A stretch of DNA of 64,000 bases from Octopus sinensis. Its lineage: Eukaryota. Shown one piece after another: positions 1 to 11,774 of the stretch; the first letter of the stretch is position 1, and the number at the start of each line of letters is the position of its first letter. The translations under genes were made by a program, and so were the position numbers. The notes under the pieces were generated by a model. It was not told the origin of the DNA. It did no database searches and worked only from the letters and a program-made list of their open reading frames with translations. The stretch is taken from NCBI RefSeq assembly GCF_006345805.1, contig NC_043002.1:90582001-90646000 (forward strand), given 5' to 3'.

Positions 1-70
1 GTCAATGTAATCAACCAGCCCTCTCCCGCCTAATTTCAGGCCTTGTGCCTATGGTAGAAAGGATTAGTAT
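1..70 (+). mobile_element. SINE family B, 3' end (truncated by window start)
   Basis: 'aatttcaggccttgtgcctatggtagaaaggattagtattatt' matches the tails of the B copies at 16700-16980. Confidence 0.75.
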
Positions 71-1164
71 TATTGTTATAATTATTCTGGGTGGTTTCTT
101 ATGACGTTATACACATTCATAAAACATTTTATAACATGTTGTCAAAGCTCACTTATTGAAGAATTGAAAAATGTCTTTCCACTTTGTCAGGGCTTAAACA
201 TTCATCAGAACTTTGAGGTGGTTTGTAGATTACTGTGAACCAGTATAATGAACCGCAATTTCATGTCTAATGCTGTCTCTTTTGATTTTCATATAACTCA
301 GAGTCACTGGCATGTGTGTAGGCCTTATAAATTATGAATTCATTCCTTATAAATTTCAATCTCTACTTGGTATCACAAGGTCAGGGCCCGTCAAATATAA
401 TCACAGCTTAATTACCTAGGACTGGTCAAGAAAAGGAGATGGAGAAATTGAGAGTTGTGGCAGAGCACCAGTAAATCTGCTGGAACACTGTGGTTGAAGA
501 ACTTCGAACTACAATTGAATAAAATACTGTCATAAAGATTAGAACTTAAATGCAGATATATTCAATTTAGAAGAAATACACAAACACACAATGTTATAAG
601 AGGTCAAAAGTGACATACATTAATTAAGAAGGTGAATTACTGAATGATTCTGGAAGCAAATGATTCTGAATTAATCGCAATTTTCTTCTTAGTTGGAGAA
701 AGAAAACCAAAAGCAGAACCCTACCAGTAATTGTTAGTTACTCTCAAAGAGAAGATAATTTCAAGAAATTAAGAATTAATCTCTCAAAGCTAATTTACAT
801 GTTTAGGAGGACAATCTGATCTTTGTTAGCAGGCAAGGGAGGATAATTATGGACATATTTCAGTTTATTAGACCTCATTAGCATAGTCTTCTAGATTGCT
901 TAATCACTCGATTTTTTTTTCTTTTTACATAGAGAAAAAGAGCTACAAATAAATTCTGACCTGTATAATTGATATAATTAAGGATAAAAAAAAAATGAAT
1001 AACTAAAATTGGCCAATGATGTGAATTTGGAAAGAAAAATTAAAAAGGATGATGTATAGCAAAAATTCATATTTAGCTCTTACTGTAAATATTGCAAATA
1101 TTACAGTTATTGCCAGTGTTACTGGTATTACAGATATTGCAGGTATTACAAATATATATATACT

Positions 1165-1355
1165 TTGGTTTCAAATTTTGGCACAAGGCCAGCAGTTTTG
1201 GGGAAGGAGTTAAGCCAATTGCATCAGCCCCAGCATTCAACTGGTACTTATTTTATCGACCCAGGAAGGATGAACGGCAAAACTGACCTTGACAGAATTT
1301 GAACTCAGAATGTAATGACGGATGCAATGCCAGTAAAAATTTTGTCCAGCATTCG
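1165..1355 (-). mobile_element. SINE family B copy
   Basis: Reverse complement carries 'ttctgagttcaaattc' (B-box-like) and the conserved body 'tcatccttcctgggtcgataaaataagtaccagttgaatgctgggg'. Confidence 0.75.
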
Positions 1356-1808
1356 TATCGTATTACAAGTACTGAGGTATTACATGTTCTCACCATTTCA
1401 TTTACCTTTATTACTGACATATTTCATGTCAAATACAGCAGGTGAGGCAGTCTAATTAATTTTAAGCTATGAGAAGTCATGGAATGGGAAGATACTGCAG
1501 ACTGAAAGAGGTTAATTACTCCTCACAAATTAATCCTTCTCTTCTGTGGTTGATGCTACTGATGAAGATGACACAGTTGTTGTTGATGATGAAGATGACA
1601 TAGTTGTTGTTGTTGTCGTCGTTGATGATGATGATGATGATGATGATGATGTTTTGGGTTTTTACTGTGCTTGTGATTTCCTATTTACATTTCTGTTGCA
1701 ATTATGTTAATTTACTTGCCGTACATCACACTTATTTTTAATGCACTTTTTTTCCCTCATCTTTGAAGATATTGGATATATGAGTATACACACAGTCTGT
1801 TACTTAAT

Positions 1809-1809
<1 letters not shown>

Positions 1810-1839
<30 letters not shown>

Positions 1840-2138
1840 TTCACACATGCACACACACACACGCATGCGCTCACACACACACACACACACACACTCACGA
1901 GTATTTATACGTATACAAACATATATGGGGATAATCAAAATTCTCCTCCTCCCTTTTGTTAGTATATATATATGTATATATATATATATGAATATATATA
2001 TGTATATATATATGTATATATATATATGTATATGTATACATACACACAAATATACATAGACACACATATATGAATATATATATACATATACACTCATATA
2101 TCTATATATTTATACACACACATATATATACATAGCTA

Positions 2139-2170
<32 letters not shown>

Positions 2171-2310
2171 TACACACACACACACTCAGAAATGTACATC
2201 CAACTTATATTTTTCTGTGTCTCTTAATGCTACGCATACATACATATACACATGCACACACACACACACATATTTACACACATACAGTATGGTATTAAAT
2301 GAATTCTTAG
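1810..2310. repeat. Compound microsatellite (CT)n/(CA)n/(TA)n
   Basis: Direct reading; explains the overlapping HT/YI/VC-rich ORFs. Confidence 0.95.
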
Positions 2311-2694
2311 TTCATACTTGTTAGATATGTGAATTATGAGTGCGTTATGCATATTGTAAACTTTTAGAAGCAGTGAAATGAAATATTTTCCCATTTTAAA
2401 AGTAGTAGCAAAAAACTGCAATATTCTCTCTCTGTCTCTCTCATTTTTATTCTTTTGTATCTCACCATCTTTTTCCCTCCCTATCTGCTTATGTATCTGT
2501 CTGTCTGCGTATCTATCCATTTATCAAGTACGATGGTTGTTAGTATGTTCACTCAAATCAGTCAATGATTTCTTGTCAGGGAAAGCAACATTATAGGCTT
2601 TCTATAAAATTCCTTGGCATATAGACACATGCATGTGTGTCACACCATGCACACACACACACGGACACATGGACACACACACTTTATGTATACT

Positions 2695-3100
2695 CGTTAC
2701 TCTTTTACTCTTTTATTTGTTTCAGTCATTTGGCTGCGGCCATGCTGGAGCACCGCCTTTAGTCGAGCAAATCGACCCCGGGACTTATTCTTTGTAAGCC
2801 CAGTACTTATTCTATCGGTCTCTTTTGCCAAACCGCTAAGTGACGGGGACGTAAGCATACCAGCATCGGTTGTCTGTCAAGCAATGCTAGGGAGACAAAC
2901 ACAGACACACACACACACACATATATATATACATATATATACGACAGGCTTCTTTCAGTTTCCGTCTACCAAATCCACTCACAAGGCTTTGGTCGGCCCG
3001 GGGCTATAGCAGAAGACACTTGCCAAGATGCCACGCAGTGGGACTGAACCCGGAACCATGTGGTTGGTTAGCAAGCTACTTACCACACAGCCACTCCTGC
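2695..3100 (-). mobile_element. tRNA-derived SINE family A, full length
   Basis: Sense head 'ggagtggctgtgtggtaagtagc...gggttcagtccc' (A/B boxes), 'tcttggcaagtgtctt' CORE-like motif (other copies 'ccttgggcaagtgtctt'), internal (TA)/(TG) microsatellite, tail 'ggcggtgctccagcatggccgcagccaaatgactgaaacaaataaaagag'. Confidence 0.9.
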
Positions 3101-3119
3101 AGAGAATAAGCTTTAAAAA

Positions 3120-3330
3120 GTGTGTGGCTGTGTGGTAAGAAGTTTTCTTCCCAGCCACATGGTTCCAGATTCCGTCCCATGGCATGGCACCTTGGGCAAG
3201 TGTCTTCTACTACAGCCTTGTGTTGACCAAATCCATGTGAGTGGATTCAGTAGACAGAAACTGAAAGAAGCCCTTTACGTATGTGTGTGTGTGTGTGTGT
3301 TTGTCTCTCACCGCTGCTTGACAACCAGTG
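3120..3330 (+). mobile_element. SINE family A, 5' half
   Basis: Same head and body as 2695-3100 in the opposite orientation, truncated after the internal microsatellite. Confidence 0.8.
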
Positions 3331-3339
3331 CCAGTATTC

Positions 3340-3552
3340 TTTTATTCTTTTATTCTTTTCAGTCATTCGACTGCGACCATGCAGGAGCACTAACTTTAAT
3401 CAAGCAAATCGACCCCAGGACTTTATTCTTTAGTAAGCCTAGTACTTATTCTATCGTTCTCTTTTGCCAAACCACTAAGTTACGGGGACGTAAACACACC
3501 AGCATCGGTTGTCAAGTGATGTTGATGGGACAAACACAGACACCACAAGCAT

Positions 3553-3612
<60 letters not shown>

Positions 3613-3797
3613 GTATGTATATGTGACGGGCCTTTTCAGTTTCCATCTACCAAATCCACTCACAAGGCTTTGGTTGGTGCGAGGCTATAGTAGAAGACAT
3701 TTGCTCAAGGCAAGGTGCCACGCAGTGGGACTGAACCTGGAACCATGTGGTTGGTAAGCAAGCTACTTACCCCTCCCGTGCCTATAGCCACTCCTGT
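3340..3797 (-). mobile_element. SINE family A, full length
   Basis: Head, body and tail as above. Confidence 0.85.
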
Positions 3798-4392
3798 GTT
3801 TACATTTCCATAACCTAGCAGTTTGGCAAAGGGGCGAGATAGAATAAGAACCAGGCTTTTAAAAAATTAAGTACTGGAGGGTGGGGTCAATACATTTGAC
3901 TTAAAATTTGAACTCAGAACATAAAGACAGATGAAATGCTGCTAAACATTTTGCCTAGTAAGCTAACAATTTTGCCAACCTGGTACCTTTATTATAATAA
4001 TGATGATAATGGTTTCAAAGTTTGGCACTGGGCCAGCAATTTTAGTGTAGCAGGTAGGTCGATTTCATCAACACCAATGCTCAACCTAAAAAGATAAACC
4101 AAAAATGATAGGGTAATTGTAGCTGGTCCTAGAGAGACTAAAAGATAGGATGGTTATGGATGGAATGTCTTTGATCATCTATCTGTTTGGTCTGCTGATC
4201 CTGGGTCTAAACAATGACAGTAAATTAGAAAAATGGATTTTTTTTTCTTTTATTCCTTTACCTGTTTCAGTCATTTGACTGTGGCCATGCTGGAGCACCA
4301 CCTTAAGGGGTTTTAGTTGTACAGATTGACCCCCACTGTTCTATATTTTAGAGATGAGGAATTATATACATTATTTACATTTGGTGGATATT

Positions 4393-4562
4393 TGTGGGAT
4401 GAAGTTAAAATAATAGACAGAGAAAACCACCGGAAAATACAAAAACTGAAAGAAGCAGCACATATGATAGGACACAACAACCTCCTAAGCAGACCAAGTG
4501 CTGATATGAATAGCATATGGGAACCGGTATTAAGGAAAAATAGGAAAATATTAGATTTATAA
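4393..4562 (+). pseudogene. Penelope-like GIY-YIG endonuclease C-terminal fragment
   Basis: In ORF 4317-4562 the part from WDEVKIIDRE onward has the PLE pattern W-x-x-V-K-I-I/L-D-R-E...K-x-K-E-A-x-H...L-S-R...S-x-W-x-P-L/V-L (family knowledge, not a database hit). Confidence 0.7.
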
Positions 4563-4751
4563 GCCCTAAAAATTCACTCCATAATTGCCCACAGGCATAT
4601 GGCGTAGTGGTTAAGAGCGCGGACTACTAAACCCAAGATTCCACATAAGATTCCAGGCAGTTATCTGAATAATAATAATAATAATAATAACAACAACAAC
4701 AACATCGAAAAATACCTTAGGAACGAGAACCCAGGTTCGAAATTTTTCCAA

Positions 4752-4797
4752 GACATCTGATGAAGGCTGGAGGGTATATCAATCAAAACGTTGTGCT
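4752..4797 (+). ncRNA. Degenerate minimal hammerhead ribozyme motif
   Basis: gacat-CTGATGA-a-ggctg..caatc-aAAA-CGTT-gtgct; same layout as 40781-40826 but with G12 and stem II mutated. Confidence 0.6.
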
Positions 4798-6063
4798 AAC
4801 AACAAACAAGATGAGGACAAATATCCATCAAATGTAAATAATTTAGATTGACCCCACCGCCAGAACTTATTCTTTTTGAGCCTAGTATTTATTCTATTGG
4901 TCTTTTTTGCTAGGACCACTAGGTTACAGGGATGTAAACACACCAGCATTGGCTGTCAAGCGATTTTGGGGAGATAAACACAGACACAGACACACAAATA
5001 TATACATATTTATATACGACAGGCTTCTTTCTACTAAATGTACTTACAAGGCTTTAGATGGCCCAAGGCTATAGTACCTAAGTTGCCACACAGTGGGACT
5101 GAACTTGGACCCATGTGGTTGGCAAGCAAGTTTCTTACCTCACAACCATGCCGTACCAATGAATAAATATTGAGTATGATGGAAGAGTCTAACTACTAGT
5201 TTCTCATGTAATATAAACAATTTGATACAGAAAAGGGGATGACCGTTTGTAAATTAACATGACTAAATTTAAGACAAGATTGAACTCAAGCCTGCTGCTA
5301 CTTAATGTCACTGCTGATGCTGATTTTTTTTAGTTCCAAACAGACTGTACCACACTAATAAATTTAGCCCTGTATAACACACATTCCATTTAATGGGCCG
5401 AACAGGTAAAATGAAATATTGTGAAATATATCTTTTTTTTCCAATTTTTTTTTTTTATATCTACTTAGATTATCAAAAATATATTTCTCTGCTCTAAAGA
5501 ATTCCTCCATATTTTTTTGAATAGTTTTTGTTTATTCTTTCTCATATTGTGCACACAATATTGGTTTATTATACTTTTGTTGATAGCATTTGGCAATGCT
5601 CAGAGAATATTCTATAAATACCAAAATGCACTTGCAAATTCAAAATCTGATTGCTTTTGAAGAAATGTTCTTGAAGGAAGAAAAATAAACTAGAAATGAT
5701 ATATTGAAAATATATATAAAAAAGTTAATATAGGCTGCAAGGAATAATATTTTCCAATTTTACCATTTTTTTTTTTTTTTGACTGGTAATAAAGTTTTTT
5801 TTTTACTAGATCTTTTGAAAGTATCATTTCTATTTTCAATAAGAATTGGTGTAGACCTTACAATAAAAAGCTGGCAACAGTTGTGGTAGTGATAATAATG
5901 ATGTTGGAAAGAGACAAATATTACTTTAAAAAATAATAACCTTGTAAGATATACACAATATTGATCATATCTATCTCCAATCAATGTGACCACTTTACCG
6001 TAGAGTGAGTATATCTTATTGAAGTCCAGCAGGAGGAAAAGTTAAGCTCTTTGTCACTTACAG

Positions 6064-6153
6064 GGCATGAAATTGAGACATTGAGCTATCAATATATTCT
6101 ACTAAAGAGCTATTATCTTGTCAATAAAGTAGTATTTAATGATATTACCTCAA
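6064..6153 (+). CDS. Candidate 90-nt phase 1-1 exon (xHEIETLSYQYILLKSYYLVNKVVFNDITS), product unknown
   Basis: Acceptor 'ctctttgtcacttacag', donor 'caa|gtaagt', open frame, length divisible by 3. No homology recognised. Confidence 0.25.
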
Positions 6154-6569
6154 GTAAGTGCACCAGAAAGGTCACTGGATGTATTTGATGTAGTTTTATT
6201 AATATTTTCATATTTATTGGCTAGTCAAGACTTCTAACTACTTGTATGTTTCTTGTCTTTAACCTGCATTCTTTTTTTGGCCCCAAACTTTTCCATTCTT
6301 AGTCCTTTGTGTGATATGTTGGTTCCAGCTAAAGACTTCTGCCTGAAGTAAGGTATTTATTCCTATAGTAGCCTAAACTGTGATTCTTACATTATTCTGA
6401 GTATTCTCTGTTATATTGAAAGAAAGGAGTTGACAAGAAACTATTTACTTTCACCTTAATTCTCCAGTGAAGTTGCACTTAATATTTTTAAAGCTTATGA
6501 AAAGTAATCTGGCATTACTTTTTAAGAGATACCAAACCTAAACACATGATAGATACTCTCTCTCTCTCT

Positions 6570-6800
6570 CTTTTACTCTTTTACTTATTTCAATCATTTG
6601 ACTGTGGCCATGCTGGAGCACTGCCTTTAGTCGAGCAAATCGACCCCAGGACTTATTTTTTGTAAGCCTAGTACTTACTCTATTGGTCTTTTTTGCCAAA
6701 CCGCTAAGTTACGGGGACGTAAACACACCAGAATCGGCTGTCAAGCAATGTTGAGGGGACAAACACAGACCAGCAAACATACACACGCACACATACAAAA

Positions 6801-6847
<47 letters not shown>

Positions 6848-6945
6848 TACAACGGGCTTCTTTCAGTTTCCGTCTACCAAATCCACTCACAAGGCTTTGG
6901 CTGGCCTGAGGCTATAGTAGAAGACACTTGCCCAAGGTGCCACAA
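6570..6945 (-). mobile_element. SINE family A, 5'-truncated
   Basis: Tail and body match the family; head missing beyond 'gtggcaccttgggcaag'. Confidence 0.85.
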
Positions 6946-7217
6946 AAATTTCACAGATGATATTTTAATGTGAAATCTGTGTTGGTTATTGTTCTTTTCT
7001 TATTTTATTGCAATTTTAGAATGTTCATCAGAATCAACAAGTACCTTCATACTGGTTGTGCTTCCATTTTAACAAATCCTACACTGAAGCAACCACTAAA
7101 GTGACTATGACTATCCTGTTTTCATTCTGCTTTATTAATGATATATATCTTGGCAAGAGCATGTAAATCAAGGAATTCGATTATTTTTGCTTATATATAT
7201 ATATATATATATATATA

Positions 7218-7450
7218 TTCTTTTATTCTTTTACTTGTTTCAGTCATTTGACTGTGGCCATGCTAGAGCACTGCCTTTAGTCGAACAAATCAATCCCAGG
7301 ACTTATTCTTATTCTTTGTAAGCCTAGTACTTATTCTGTCGGTCTCTTTAGCTGAACTGCTAAGTTACGGGAGATGTAAATGCACCAGCATTGGTTGTCA
7401 AGCGATGTTGGGGAGACAAGCACAAACACACAAACATATACACACACATG
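7218..7450 (-). mobile_element. SINE family A, 3' half
   Basis: Tail 'cagtgctctagcatggccacagtcaaatgactgaaacaagtaaaagaataaaagaa'. Confidence 0.8.
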
Positions 7451-7744
7451 CATATATATACGTGCTGTTTTTAGATTGAATGAAATTAATTTAAATGCCG
7501 TAGTCCTGCCTTGACTAATTGTTTGCATTCCTCACTATGTAAACTGACACCTACTGGCTCAAAGGTAAGCCACCAACTGCTAGTTTCTTTTTTTTTTTAA
7601 CAAGACATTCATATGACCATAACTCCAACTGTTATTCTAACTGGAATTTTGGTGGATTACCTAGTGGAGCCCTCGGAACACATATTTATTAGTTTGGGTT
7701 ACCTTGACCTAAGCTCCTCATGTGTAATATATATATGTATATAT

Positions 7745-7804
<60 letters not shown>

Positions 7805-7984
7805 TATATGTATCTATGTATGTGTATGTATGTATATATGTGAATGTATGTATATATATGTATGTGTGTGCATGTCTTTGTATTATTGTCTTCTTGCCTT
7901 AATATTGTGTGATATTTGTAAACAAGCATCAATGTCCTGCAAGCTGTGTCGTTTGCTTTCAATCTTCCATCAAAAGCTTGGAAA

Positions 7985-8105
7985 CAAGTAACGGTTGGCA
8001 ACAGGAAGAGCATCCAGCCATAGAAAAGCTGCCTCAGACAATTTTCTCTTGGACCCATGCGAGCATGGAAAAGCGGACATTCAAACAATAATGATGATGA
8101 TGACA
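7985..8105 (+). mobile_element. RTE-LINE 3' tail fragment (family F) with (ATG)n end
   Basis: 'ttggcaacaggaagagcatccagccatagaaa...acccatgcgagcatggaaaagcggacattcaaac' + (atg)n matches the RTE 3' end at 20330-20735. Confidence 0.7.
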
Positions 8106-9993
8106 ACAATTGTTTCAATTCTTTACAAAGAAGAGCAGTGTCTGAAGAAAAAATACCATACTGGGCTGGGTTACTATCAGAGTTTCAAGCCTTACCACTT
8201 CTCTGGTTTTGGAATCTTCAAGCAAGTCTCATTGATTTTCTCTGATCCATCCACTGATTTGACAAAAAAGGTCTCACTCCTACTTCAAGGTTGGATGTTT
8301 ACTATTCAATTTCAAAGCAGGAGTGGTACCTTTTTGTCACCAGCTTCAAGAATTTATACAAATGTGTGAATTTGAAGAAGTACTGAACCTTTACCGGCAT
8401 TACAAAACACTGTAAATAAAACAAACTACAGGCCAGCAAGGAATGTTTCTGCTACTATTTGTTTGTGTCTTGCTTCTGTGCTTTGTTGACTTATCTTCGC
8501 TCACCAAGTCTCACTGTTTGGAGACTGAACAAACTGCTTTTCCGATTAATTTTGTGATTTCATATTCATTTCTGACCCTTTATTCTTACCGTTTAGAATT
8601 ATATGTTGTTGATGTTATAAGAATGTATAAACTTTAAGAGAATGTGAGATCCTTTTTGTTTTGTTGAACAGTGGATCTTGAAGTAAATGAAGCTATAAAT
8701 ATAATATTGGGTTTAAAATCCCTTTGGATACAAAAAGTTGAAGGACACAAACCCATGTCTCCTGTAAACATGACAGCTACTTTACCAATGGACCAAAGCA
8801 ATCCTTCAAATTTTTCTATTTTAGAAATTTAATTCTTACCAGCAAGAATTGATGTTGCAGCTTTCGACATTTTTTAATCCAATATTTAGGGATTTTTAAC
8901 CCAATATTTCGATACTGTTATTCATAGCTTTATCTACTTTGAGACTATTCCAAAAAAAAAAACAAAAAAAAAATATTATTTCACATTGTCTCAAAGTATA
9001 TAAATTCATATTTTTGTGATATTTTAATTTTTTGTCTCTCTTGTTTGGCATCTAAAAATTATTTGAAATAGTTTGTTACCATGTGTGTGTATGTATATGC
9101 AGAGATGCATGTGTATATGTATGCATGTCTGTGTCTATGACTAAACCATAATACATGAAGAAATACATTTATATGAATATTGGTTGGAATCAACAACATG
9201 GCAGTTTATAAAACAGAATATCCATTAAGAAACTTTCAAACTCTGGTTGGATTGAACAAACATGATTACCCATTGTGGATATACTAAGTTTATATACAAC
9301 TTTATATTCAAGTTTCCTGTAGGTATATATAATAATATGTCAAGTGGTTCCTTTGTTGTTAGTATGCTAAGGTATTATATGAAGAACTTATTCAAGTAAG
9401 GCTAATGAATAGTTGGAATTACACTATAATTATCAATGAATGTACAATCATTATGTAATAACACATGGAGTGTCTGTGTTGCTTTTCTGTGAACCAACGT
9501 TTCATTGTTTAACTGATATTCTGCATGTAATGATCTTGTCTGTTTTCTCAGGACTTCTTTGGCCCTGTATATTAATTTTTGAAGAAAGCAGAGTGAACTT
9601 AGATAGAAAGTTGGCTTCTATTTATTGCATGTTAGATAACACTAAAGTAGCACCTTGTTGACTAGTGTGCATGTGCATACATATGTTGATGATAGTGCAT
9701 GTAGCTCTTACATATATGCATATGTGTATAACAGTTGTGTAATATACAACTGGTGTATCTATCTACCTGTCTATCATCTTTCTCAGCTATCATAGCCTTT
9801 TACCCCAAATGCACCCCATGCTGTGCACTTACCTCCCCCTCTGCTTGTCTCCCTACACAGATATCCTCCTATACCGACACACAAAACTTCACCACTTCCT
9901 TTCTTCATAACTTCTCCCTCTAGAACCACATTCTCAGCCAACCCTTAAGTATTTCCCTTTTTATTTTATTTTCAACACCTTTCTTTCATTTTC

Positions 9994-10033
9994 TTCTTTC
10001 TGATGAAGGACTAGTATCTGAAATGTTGAAGAG
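9994..10033 (+). ncRNA. Decayed hammerhead motif of a second Penelope-like family
   Basis: ttcttt-CTGATGA-a-gga(ctagta)tct-GAAA-tgtt-gaagag; stems I and II pair, and two CpG->TpG reversions restore ccGAAAcgtt. Confidence 0.5.
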
Positions 10034-10122
10034 CCTTTCCATTTCCTTTCAAATGTTATACTAAGAACACCTTTGTTAAATCTTGTTCCTCTTGCACATT
10101 TTTTTCTTGCTTTTGCTCATTC

Positions 10123-10175
<53 letters not shown>

Positions 10176-10509
10176 TGTGTGCTTGGGATAAAAGGTACTC
10201 ATACCAGTGAAGTGTAGCACCAAGTTTGTCTAGTTGCTTTGAGTATCAGCACCCTGAGACTTAGATATCCTACTATCAACCAACAAAGAGAAATCTGAAA
10301 TATTAGTATGGCACATGTGTTTCATCGAAATACTGATACATAACAAATGGTGGAATGCAAACTAAAAGGCATGGATCAGCTGTAAGGGTTGTCATGTCAT
10401 ATTTTGACACCAAACAATCCTGTCTTCATGGAAAAGTGGAACTACATAATCATTAAAAGCTTACATAAATCTTTGGAATTTGGACTTTCTGACTAAGGAT
10501 TCATTGTGT

Positions 10510-10900
10510 ATAGGTGCAGGCATGGCTTTGTGATTAAGAAGCTTACTTTGCAACCATATGGCTTTTGGGTTCAGTTCTGCTGTGTGGCACTCTGGGGTAG
10601 TGTTTTCTACAATAGCTCTAGGACAACCAATGCCCATTCAGTGAATCTGGAATCTGGAACCTGAGTATGCGTTTCTGTATGCATGCCTTTGTGTTTGTGC
10701 TTGTTGGTTTTTTTTTTTTTTACATTTCCATTACTTAGCAGTTCAGCAAAATAGATCAATAGAATAAATACCAGATTTCCTCCCCCCACCCCAAAAAAAA
10801 TGGAAGTGCCAGAGTTGATCTGTTCAACTAAAACTCTTCAAGGCAGTGCCCCAGTATGGCCACAATCTAATGACTGAAACAAGTAAAAGACAGAAGATAA
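10510..10900 (+). mobile_element. Diverged SINE family A
   Basis: Head 'gcatggctttgtgattaagaagctt...gggttcagttc', tail 'ggcagtgccccagtatggccacaatctaatgactgaaacaagtaaaaga'. Confidence 0.75.
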
Positions 10901-10922
10901 AATGTTTGTGTATAAATGTGTT

Positions 10923-10958
<36 letters not shown>

Positions 10959-10961
<3 letters not shown>

Positions 10962-11355
10962 TTATATATAAAAGAGAAGTTGTGTGTCTGTCTCCTACGA
11001 TTTAGATTCCTAACTACTCCCACATTTTGCGGTGCAGTTTAACCAAAAGCGGGTATCTTATAGTCGTGATTCATATCAAGCTCTTCTGGGTATTAGCACG
11101 CGTCTACAATGAGTCTACGATTTAAAAAAAATTTACCATCATTTTTTTCCATTTTAATGCATTTTTTTCGCTATTATATAAGGGAAGTAACTCTCTAAAA
11201 ATGTCTACGATGAGTCTACGATTTAAAAAAAAATTTACCATCATTTTTTTCCCATTTTTAATGCATTATTTTGCTATTTTTTGGCTATAACTCTCTAAAA
11301 ATGCTTATATAGTTATTTCCCTTACAAACCCGAGCAACACCGGGCGATACTGCTA

Positions 11356-11356
<1 letters not shown>
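10959..11356 (+). mobile_element. Non-autonomous Helitron
   Basis: 5' TC ('tctttatatataaaa'), 3' GC hairpin 'cccgagcaacaccggg' then CTAG, inserted between A and T without TSD; internal ~100-bp tandem duplication. Confidence 0.85.
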
Positions 11357-11392
<36 letters not shown>

Positions 11393-11460
11393 TAGATAAA
11401 TAGATATGTATTTTTGTCTTTAGATGTGTTTTCCATGTGTTATGCATTCATTTGTATCAG

Positions 11461-11604
11461 AACAAGAAGCAAGACCTCTTTCGTTCTTGGGTGATTTGAA
11501 TTTAACAAATGAAACAGAAGTTGTTAAAGAAAAAAGCTTGGATTGGACAAATAAAAATTCCCAAGACCATTGAAAAGTTTCTGCTTCCTCTAAGGAATCT
11601 GTGG
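11461..11604 (+). pseudogene. Exon-like 144-nt segment (phase 1-1) with one TGA
   Basis: Acceptor 'ttcatttgtatcag'; xQEARPLSFLGDLNLTNETEVVKEKSLDWTNKNSQDH*KVSASSKESV; weak donor 'g|gtgaca'. Confidence 0.2.
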
Positions 11605-11707
11605 GTGACAGAACAGCAACTTATAACACTGTTGTATGAAGCAGAGTTGCTCTCTGTTCTCTCACTCCCATGCACACACACACACACACACATGCACACG
11701 CACACAA

Positions 11708-11754
<47 letters not shown>

Positions 11755-11774
11755 CACTAATCGATTGTGGATGT

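Larger units (their letters stand above)
4335..4844 (+). mobile_element. 5'-truncated Penelope-like element: inverted terminal segment, GIY-YIG C-terminus, terminal repeat with tRNA-like head and hammerhead motif
   Basis: Peptide WDEVKIIDRENHRKIQKLKEAAHMIGHNNLLSRPSADMNSIWEPVLRK resembles PLE endonuclease C-termini. 4337-4392 is the reverse complement of the terminal-repeat end. 'agattgacccc' flanks both sides (4323-4333, 4845-4855). Confidence 0.8.
4248..5155 (-). mobile_element. SINE family A interrupted by a Penelope-like insertion
   Basis: Tail half at 4248-4336 and head half at 4845-5155 rejoin at the duplicated 'agattgacccc'. Confidence 0.8.

Noticed and set aside
1545-1655. Acidic or Ser/Thr-rich peptide (DEDD.. 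on +, SSSTTT..EEKD* on -)
   Set aside because: Decayed (GAT)/(GTT) trinucleotide tract; no usable splice site or start in the attractive frames.
1741-2300. Overlapping ORFs rich in HT/YI/VC dipeptides (also 7699-8118, 26590-27305, 28132-28614, 34052-34497, 52071-52353 and others)
   Set aside because: Translations of (CA)n, (TA)n and (TACA)n microsatellites, which lack stops in several frames.
4594-4670. tRNA genes (also 39775-39845, 51735-51800, 53728-53800, 56197-56260)
   Set aside because: A and B boxes are present but there is no complete cloverleaf or acceptor stem, and each continues into a repeat body; these are SINE or PLE heads.
8130-8410. Protein-like pieces (EEKIPYWAGLLSEFQ.., CHQLQEFIQMCEFEEVL..)
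   Set aside because: They lie in different frames with stops, no convincing splice sites and no recognisable family; not supportable as a CDS.
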